Part shown: positions 57,440 to 64,000 of the stretch, in pieces
Layout of the letters: each line of letters opens with the position of its first letter
Numbering within the stretch: the first letter of the stretch is position 1
DNA from: Cyanophora paradoxa CCMP329
Taxonomy: Eukaryota; Plantae; Glaucophyta
Length of the DNA stretch: 64,000 nt
Direction: 5' to 3'
Assembly (NCBI GenBank): GCA_004431415.1
Contig: QPMI01000545.1
Location: 186,001 to 250,000, forward strand
Program-made: the position numbers and the translations under genes
The notes under the pieces: generated by a model
What the model was told of the DNA's origin: nothing
Database searches by the model: none
Seen by the model: only the letters and a program-made list of their open reading frames with translations

Positions 57440-60400
57440 TCAGGCCCAGGCCGGGTAGGCGAGTCTGTAATGAATCAGACCGCGCAGGATTTGGTTGAGC
57501 TGCTCGGTGCAGGGGGCGGGAAGGCGAGGCCGCGGAGGCCATAGAGACGTAGCGGAAGGGGTGGGGAGGCGGCCCCTGTTATCCCACATGGCGTCCACTA
57601 TGGCGTTGTGGACCACTTGCTCTGGGAGGGCGGGACGGGCCTGCGCGCACCGTTTCAGGCCCTCAGCAGCCCTCGAAGATGTTGGAGTTGGCGTGCACCA
57701 GCGGGAGGGAGGGCTGGACGGCGGCGGCGAGCCCGGGCCGAGCCCTGGGTGGCGAGGGCCTGCGAGGGCGCCGGCTCCAGCTCCATCTCGAACATACCGC
57801 CCTCGACGTCGACGGTCACGGGCGGCGAGGCCGGGATCGCGCCGGCCTGCTGCGTGGCGGGGACCTGAGCCGAGAAGTTCTCGAGCCGCCACTCGCGGCA
57901 GCCCTGGCACTCACCTGGACGAAGACGGTGCGGTTGGCGACGGGCGGCGTCGGCAGGGCCTGCGCGGGGCGTCACTCACAGAAGCCGAAGGCGCCGGCCT
58001 TGTGGGGCGGGGCGTCGGGGTCGCGGGCGTGCTATAGGCCTCCGAGCCCTCCGATTCAGAGTCACTCACCGGGCTGAGAGGGTGGGGTGAGAAGAGGCCG
58101 AGGCGGGCCTTCTTGGCGGGCAGGAGGTGGGAGCCGTTGAGGGCGCAATCGGCGCCGTGGGCGCACCTCTCTCCGTAGGTGGGCAGAGGGCCGGGGGCGA
58201 GGGCGCCGGAGCCAAGGGCGCCGGAGCCGAGGACGCCGGGGCTGGAGGAGCGGTGAGAGGGGCCGAGGAGGAGAGGAAGGGGAAGGCGCGGGCACCGGCG
58301 CCGGGACGAGGCCCTCCTCCAGCAGCCGCATCTGCGCCTCCTTCGCCTTCTCGTCGATGCGGGCCTCGAACGTCGCCCAGTTGAAGCCGACGGCGTCCGC
58401 CTCCGCCAGCTCGGGGAGGCCGTGCTCGTCGAACGCCAGCGCGGGCCGCCCGCTGAAGCCGAACGGGGCGGGGGCGAGAGCGCGTTGTCCCCGACGCCCC
58501 AGACGGCGCTGAACGCCGCATCGTCCCAGCGCGCCTCCGCCTCCGCCTGGCCCTCGTCCCTTGCCTCGTCCACCTCCTTGGCGGAGAGCGACCCGATCTT
58601 GATGATGGAGGCCTGGATCAGCACAAACTCGCGCTGGAAGAATTGGACGAGCGGGATGGTAACTGCGGGAGAGGGGTGAGCGGGAGAGCGCGGGGCGCAG
58701 GCCAAGGGCGGGGCGCAGGCCAAGGGCGGGGCGGACGCACATTCGATGCCGTAGGCCACCTCCTTGATGTAGCGGCCCCGGCGGCCGATCTCCTTGGCCA
58801 GCATGCTGCACTCCTTGCGCGCCGGGTGGCCGTGGCCCCACTCCATGGCGATCATCGCCTTCGCCAGACGGACGCCCTCGATGTGCCACTCGTCCATCAG
58901 CGCCTCCAGCTTGGCGCAGATGCGCATCCAGAAGAAGACGCGCTTGAGCTTGTCGCGGTCGAATTCGGCGTCGCCGCTCTTGCTGCCCCAGTCGCGCAGG
59001 TCCGTCTCCTCCGCCTTCTTCACCTTCTCGTACCAGCACTTGATCTTCTCCGCCTGGCGCTGGAACTCGTCCGCCCGCGCCGTGAGAACGTCCGACTCCT
59101 CCTGCGCTCCGAGGGCCCGGGGTCAGGGAGGAGAGGCGGGCTAAGCGGGGCGGCGGCGGACCGTGTGCGAGAGCTCGCCGACGATCACGGAGATGGCCGC
59201 CGAGAGGATCTCACGGGCGCGGGCCGGCCCGTTTGGGTGGCCCTCGCGCAGAACCTCCTCCAGCTTCAGCACGGCCGTCCGCGCGAGATCGCGGTGGCGC
59301 TGGCGGGTCTCGTCGCTCCGGCCCTGATCCACGAGAAGCTGGAGCTGGGGCCGCATGCCGGAGTCGCAGACGCTGGCGTACTTCAGAAGGGCCGCGCAGG
59401 AGAGCACCTTCTGCACGCTGACCAGCCAGTACGCGTAGCCCAGCGGGCTCTCCGCGCTCGGGTTCTCCCCGACCTGCGGACGCGACCTTAGCGCGCGCAG
59501 GGGCAGGGGAAAGGGGAAAGGGCGGGCTCTCGCGCACGTAAATGTCATCGGCGCAGGAGAGGAACATGTGATCAACGACGTCGAAGAAGCCGCCGGACGG
59601 GAGCGTGCCGACGCCGTGGTACGCGCCTTGGATGGTCTCGCCGGCGCAGATGCCGGCCTGGACGGTGACGGTGTACTGCGAGGCCGGCGGCCCCTCCTTC
59701 ACGTAGACGAAGTTGAGGTCGTACTTCTTGGCGTACGTCGGGTTGATGCGCTTGGTGACGATGACGTAATCGCACCGAACGCCGAGGCCGACGGGCTGGC
59801 CTTCTCCTTCTCCGTCACCGACGCCAGGCACTGATCCCGCGCGATCAAGAGCTGCAGCGGCCCGCGCGTGAGCAAGCGCGGGCACGCGAGCGCAGGGAAG
59901 GGCCCTCACCCCGTGGGCGCCGCCGCTGCCGGATTTGAGGTCCGCGAGGAACTCCTTCTGCTCCGGAGTGCCGGAGAAGATCGCGCGCGGATGGAAATCG
60001 CGATGGAGCGCGATGCTGTTGAAGCAGCCCGCCGCCGCATTGTCGGACATCAGCAACAGCGCCACATCGCCGTGCGTGAAGCCGTACTTCGCCTTCACAT
60101 GCTCCGGCAGCTCGTGAATGCTGTAAGGCACGATCTGCGCGCGGGGCACGCGAGCCGGGGCATGTGAGCCGGGCCGAAGCGGTGCGGGCGAAACCGCGAA
60201 CCTCGTTGAACTTATTCACCGGCGTGAACTGGCCCTTGGTCTTCAAGCGCTTCGGGTGGCCGTCCGTGTTCTGGATCTTCTTCAGCCCGCCGAACGGCTC
60301 GAAGCGCGGCACGCCGGCCGAGTTGAACACGCTATCGCAGGTCATCGCGTTGAGCGCCTCCTCCGCCGACAGGCTGCCGAGATCGCGGGCTATGCTGTCC

Positions 60401-60453
60401 TGCTCGCCGGGCTGCTGCTGCTTCGCGCACGAGCGGAAGGTCGCCGCCTGCAT
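57440..60453 (-). CDS. Large orphan protein (island gene B), spliced
   Basis: Protein-like exons joined by GT-AG introns (...TPVNKFNE|IVPYSIHE...; ...SCADDIY|VGENPSAE...; KLKRVFFWMRICAKLE). Cys/His motifs near the C-terminus (RCAHGADC, GECQGC). No family recognised; several homopolymer slips. Confidence 0.65.
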
Positions 60454-60758
60454 CGCGAGTGTTACTGCCCGCGATGTCTCAACGGATTCCGTTCAACGTC
60501 GTACCCCCGCTGGCTTGTTCCCTCCCCAACTCGCGAAGACTCAGACTTGAAGCCCGCTTCCCCCCCCCTCAAAATGCGTACCCCCCTTGGGCTCGAACCC
60601 CGGTCGGTTTCTCGCTTTTTTTTGACTGCCCAGTCCGGCGATGCAATGCAGGCCGCTCGTTCAAATCGGCTGGGAACTTGGCGCCAGAACCTTCGCAGCG
60701 CGCGCAGCACTCCCAGCAGAGCGCGCGCAGCACCGGCGGCAGCATCGGCGGCAGCAGC

Positions 60759-63613
60759 ATGTCTCGGCTCGCGCTCCCTCCGGAGATCCCGGCTAAGCTG
60801 GCGAAGAACACGCTGTACGACGTTCTCTGCGTCGGCGACAGCTTCGGCGTCGATTGGACGGTTTTCGAGGCCGGCATCAGCGACCAGGCGAAGGAGGCGC
60901 AGGCGCGTGCGCTGGAGGATGGCATGCAGTTCAGCCCGAGCAGCAAGGATGTGCTGCGCAAGACCGAGCTGGCCGAGCGCAAGCGCAAGCTCGCCGCGGC
61001 GCGGACTTTGAACGCCGAGGGTGCCCCCGGCCCGTCGGTGCAGTTCTCCATCGACTCCGTCCTGTCGCGGCTGCGGCTCGCGGAGGTGCTCGCTGCCTCT
61101 TTCTCCCTCACGCGCCCGGCTCGCAGCGGCTGAGGCGCCGCCGCGCTCGCAGGACGCGGACGTGCGGGCGATGCACGCGGCGCTGAACATGACGGAGGAG
61201 AACTTCGACACGCCGAGCAAGCCGAAGCCCGGGCGCGATTCCGACGCCCGCCGGCTGTTCGCGGCGCAGCGCCTGCGGCTGCTCATGGGCGCCGTGCCCC
61301 GGCACATCGCCAAGGGCGAGTGGCGCACGATTGGCCTGCTGGCGGGCCCGGAGGAGTTCTACTTCAACCGCATGGCGGAGGCGGCCCCGCACCTGCTCTG
61401 GCTGCTGGTGCTCAGCTCGGACCCGGCCTACACGCCCGAGGTGCGCCCCCGGCCGCCCGTGCAGCCGCGGCCGCCCTCCCCGCCGACCCCCGCCGGCCCG
61501 CAGAGGCTGGCGAAGGGCATCATGGGCGTCGAGGCGCGCTGCATCATGCGGAACAGCCGCGCGTTCATCACGCGCCACGAGAGCTCGGCGGTCTGGGGCG
61601 AGCGGCCGGACACCGGCGTCCTCACCGACGCCTACGCCATCCGCATCGTGCTGGAGGCGGCCTGCCGGACGTGCCGGGACCGCCACGGGCGCCAGGGCAT
61701 CTGCGCCTTCGACCTGGTTCCTGAGTTCGAGGTGCCCGGCGTCACCATCGGCGACCGCGTGCAGGTGCGCCGTTTCTATTTGGATGCTATTTAGATGCTA
61801 TTTAGACTATTTAGATGCCATTTAAACCCCCTCGCAGGTCATCCGCCGGTGCTCGATGCCGGACTCGCACGGGCGGCCCATGATCCACGGCGCCGTGAAG
61901 TACGTGGTGCCGCGGCGCACCCTCGCCCTCACCTTCTTCGTCCCCGTCTTCGACAAGGCGGCCGCCGCCGCCGCCGCCGCCGCCTCCCGCCCCGCCCCAT
62001 GCTCGCGGCCGCGGAGTCCTCGGATTCCGACTCGGATTCCGAGGCGGAGCGCGAGGCCGAGGCCGCCGCCGCGGCCCGGGCGCTGGACTTCACGGAGGAG
62101 GAGCTGGAGCGGGCGCGGAGCCTGCCGCGCGCCGGCCAGGCGATGGCCGCGGCCTTCCAGGCGGCGATCGGCGAGGCGACGGCCTCCGCCTCGGGCGCCC
62201 GGGCCGGCGGCAGCATGATCACGGCGGAGGGCCTCGCGCGCGCCATGCGCGTGGCCCAGGCCCAGGCCCAGGCGAAGGGCAAGGGCAAGGGCAAGGCCGC
62301 CTACATCGACCTGCGGTTCGAGGAGGAGGAGGCGGGTGCCCCGGCGGCGCGGCGCGATCTCGGCGAGGAGATGGAGGCGGCGGCCCCCAAGGCGGCCGGT
62401 GCGCCCTCCCCGCCCCTAATTTCTGAGCCTAGGGCGTTCCAGAGGCGCAAAGGAATGACCCTGCCCACAGAGGAGGAGCTGGAGGCCGAGCGCGAGATGG
62501 AGATGGAGGCCGCGCTGGCGGCGGCGGCGGACGCGAAGGCCTCGCGCGAGCTGGAGGTGGCGGAGGAGTACGCGATGGAGCTGGAGCGCGAGCGCGAGCG
62601 CGAGGGCGAGCCCGATGCGGAGCTGGCGGCGACGGTGGAGGCGGGGGCGGGGGACACCTTCGAGCCCGAGCCCCCGTCGACGAGTTCTACCCCCTCCCGC
62701 CCTCCCCTCCCTCGACGGCGCCCCGCCGCCGCCCATCGAGGAGTTCTCGGACGACGAGCCCGGCGACGCCGGCCCCAGGCCGCCCCTCGTCTCCCCCGCC
62801 GCCCGCCGCCCCCGTGCCCCCCGCCAGCCCCGCCGCCTCCGACGTCTCCTGGCGCCCGAGCGGCAACCCCTCGGCCTTCAGTCCCTTCCGCCCCTCGCAG
62901 CCCTCGCAGCGCCCGCCGCCCTCCGTCCAGGGTACCCCCTCGCCCGCCCCATCCCCTCGCCGCCGCGGGGCACGCCCGTCGCCACGCCCGCCTCCTCCCT
63001 CGGCCACATGCCCCCTCCGCCCCTCCGGCCCCCGCGCCGGCCGCCTCTCCCGCCGGGCCCAGCAGCGGCGCGAGCGCGAGCGGCAGCTGCTGCGCGATCA
63101 GCGGGCGGAGGCGGAGGCGGACCACGACGACGGCCAGGCGTCGGAGGTGCCCCGGCGGCGCGGCGCGATCTCGGCGAGGAGATGGAGGCGGCGGCCCCCA
63201 AGGCGGCCGGTGCGCCCTCCCCGCCCCTAATTTCTGAGCCTAGGGCGTTCCAGAGGCGCAAAGGAATGACCCTGCCCACAGAGGAGGAGCTGGAGGCCGA
63301 GCGCGAGATGGAGATGGAGGCCGCGCTGGCGGCGGCGGCGGACGCGAAGGCCTCGCGCGAGCTGGAGGTGGCGGAGGAGTACGCGATGGAGCTGGAGCGC
63401 GAGCGCGAGCGCGAGGGCGAGCCCGATGCGGAGCTGGCGGCGACGGTGGAGGCGGGGGCGGGGGACACCTTCGAGCCCGAGCCCCCCGTCGACGAGTTCT
63501 ACCCCCTCCCGCCCTCCCCCTCCCTCGACGGCGCCCCGCCGCCGCCCATCGAGGAGTTCTCGGACGACGAGCCCGGCGACGCCGGCCCCAGGCCGCCCCT
63601 CAAGAAATTCTAA
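60759..63613 (+). CDS. Orphan protein (island gene C), spliced, with a Cys/His cluster and a duplicated acidic C-terminal region
   Basis: Exons MSRLALPPEIPAKLAKNTLYDVLC...RLAE|DADVRAM...YTPE|RLAKG...CRTCRDRHGRQGICAFD...DRVQ|VIRRCSMPDSHG..., then an acidic tail. The last frame stops at TAA 63611-63613. Confidence 0.6.
62335..63601 (+). repeat. ~455-bp direct repeat (62335-62788 and 63146-63601)
   Basis: The copies differ only in C-run lengths as far as can be read by eye. Both encode RRDLGEEMEAAAPK...EEFSDDEPGDAGPRPPL. Confidence 0.92.
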
Positions 63614-64000
63614 ACGCTACTGCGAGACCAAGTCATGCATACCGATACAGATTGCGAGACTTGCGAGAACTTGCAACAGGGGAGCGCGGCGTGGCACGCG
63701 GCGCGCCGCGAAAAGCTAACTGCCTCGAACTTTGCGGCTGCGTGCGGCATAAATCCCTGGAAATCCAGGGCCCGCCTCTGGGCGGAGCTAAGCGGCATAG
63801 CGGAGGAAAACAACTTCGACAACCCTGCGCTAACCTACGGGCATGACTATGAGCCCCTCGCGGTCTCTCTCTACAAAACGTCGAACAACAACGTGGACGT
63901 GCAACATACTGGATTGCACGAACATAAGGAACTGCCCTTCCTGGCGGGCAGCCCGGACGGGCTGATTGGAAGCGATCGTATACTTGAAATAAAATGCCCC
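63600..64000 (+). repeat. Direct repeat of 56587-56986 (at least 400 bp, runs off the window)
   Basis: Both copies start tcaagaaattctaaacgctactgcgag. The only difference seen is tacggcat versus tacgggcat. Confidence 0.95.
63635..64000 (+). CDS. Second YqaJ-like exonuclease copy, in frame, truncated by the window edge
   Basis: ATG at 63635; reads ...NPALTYGHDYEPLAV...AGSPDGLIGSDRILEIKCP without a frameshift. Confidence 0.9.
   Translation, partial: MHTDTDCETCENLQQGSAAWHAARREKLTASNFAAACGINPWKSRARLWAELSGIAEENNFDNPALTYGHDYEPLAVSLYKTSNNNVDVQHTGLHEHKELPFLAGSPDGLIGSDRILEIKCP

Larger units (their letters stand above)
54950..64000. mobile_element. Putative virus-like/transposon island (GNAT-like gene, YqaJ exonuclease, two orphan genes, direct repeats); continues beyond the window
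   Basis: Intronless, lower-GC, tightly packed genes at 55-57.3 kb; a phage/NCLDV-type YqaJ gene; a 400-bp near-identical direct repeat at 7,013-bp spacing. No transposase, integrase or capsid recognised in the window. Left boundary not defined. Confidence 0.55.

Noticed and set aside
60570-60625. tRNA-like sequence (gggctcgaacccc followed by a T run)
   Set aside because: Only a B-box-like fragment; no cloverleaf could be folded.
60800-60840. TLYDVL resembling the start of a DnaJ J-domain in gene C
   Set aside because: No HPD motif or J-domain helical spacing follows.
61776-61826. ctatttagatg repeats as a telomere-like seed
   Set aside because: An 11-bp intronic minisatellite of about 4 copies; not a TTTAGGG/TTAGGG-type repeat.
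56587-64000. LTR or DIRS/PAT retrotransposon interpretation of the direct repeats
   Set aside because: No gag, RT, RNase H, integrase or tyrosine recombinase motifs; no TG...CA ends, PBS or PPT; the repeat is coding (YqaJ).
54950-64000. Fanzor/TnpB, Helitron/HUH or Polinton identity for the island
   Set aside because: I could not find RuvC, HUH/Y2, helicase, polB, ATPase or capsid motifs in any frame within the window.

Overview
This is very GC-rich eukaryotic nuclear DNA with many short introns (mostly about 60-90 nt). The introns are C-rich, carry a CTGAC branch point and a (C/G)CAG acceptor, and often use a GC donor. The long Arg/Pro/Gly/Ala ORFs in the six-frame track are GC artefacts, so genes were rebuilt by eye from spliced exons. 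Gene content (IPT9/MiaA-type tRNA isopentenyltransferase, SHIPPO flagellar protein, hybrid histidine kinase, soluble adenylyl cyclase) suggests a flagellated alga or protist; a Cyanophora-like glaucophyte is a guess, not established. Host genes in order: tRNA dimethylallyltransferase (-); Ubl-Ubl-ankyrin-like-HECT E3 ligase (+); ADCY10-like cyclase/STAND ATPase (-); PHT1/PHO84 phosphate transporter (+); membrane hybrid histidine kinase (-); U-box-like protein (-); LRR protein (+); hypothetical protein (+); SHIPPO/ODF3-like protein (-); Mut7-C RNase-domain protein (+); armadillo-repeat protein (+); taspase-like gene lacking its catalytic Thr (-); type II pantothenate kinase (+). Two non-coding blocks (1-2 kb and 39.9-42.1 kb) are saturated with short palindromes. 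The most novel part is 54.9-64 kb, a compact virus/transposon-like island. It holds an intronless GNAT-like gene, a YqaJ/lambda-exonuclease gene followed by a hairpin, two divergent orphan genes sharing a new motif, and a near-identical restart of YqaJ 7,013 bp later. Exon boundaries and several gene starts are approximate. Many single-base slips in homopolymer runs look like long-read errors.
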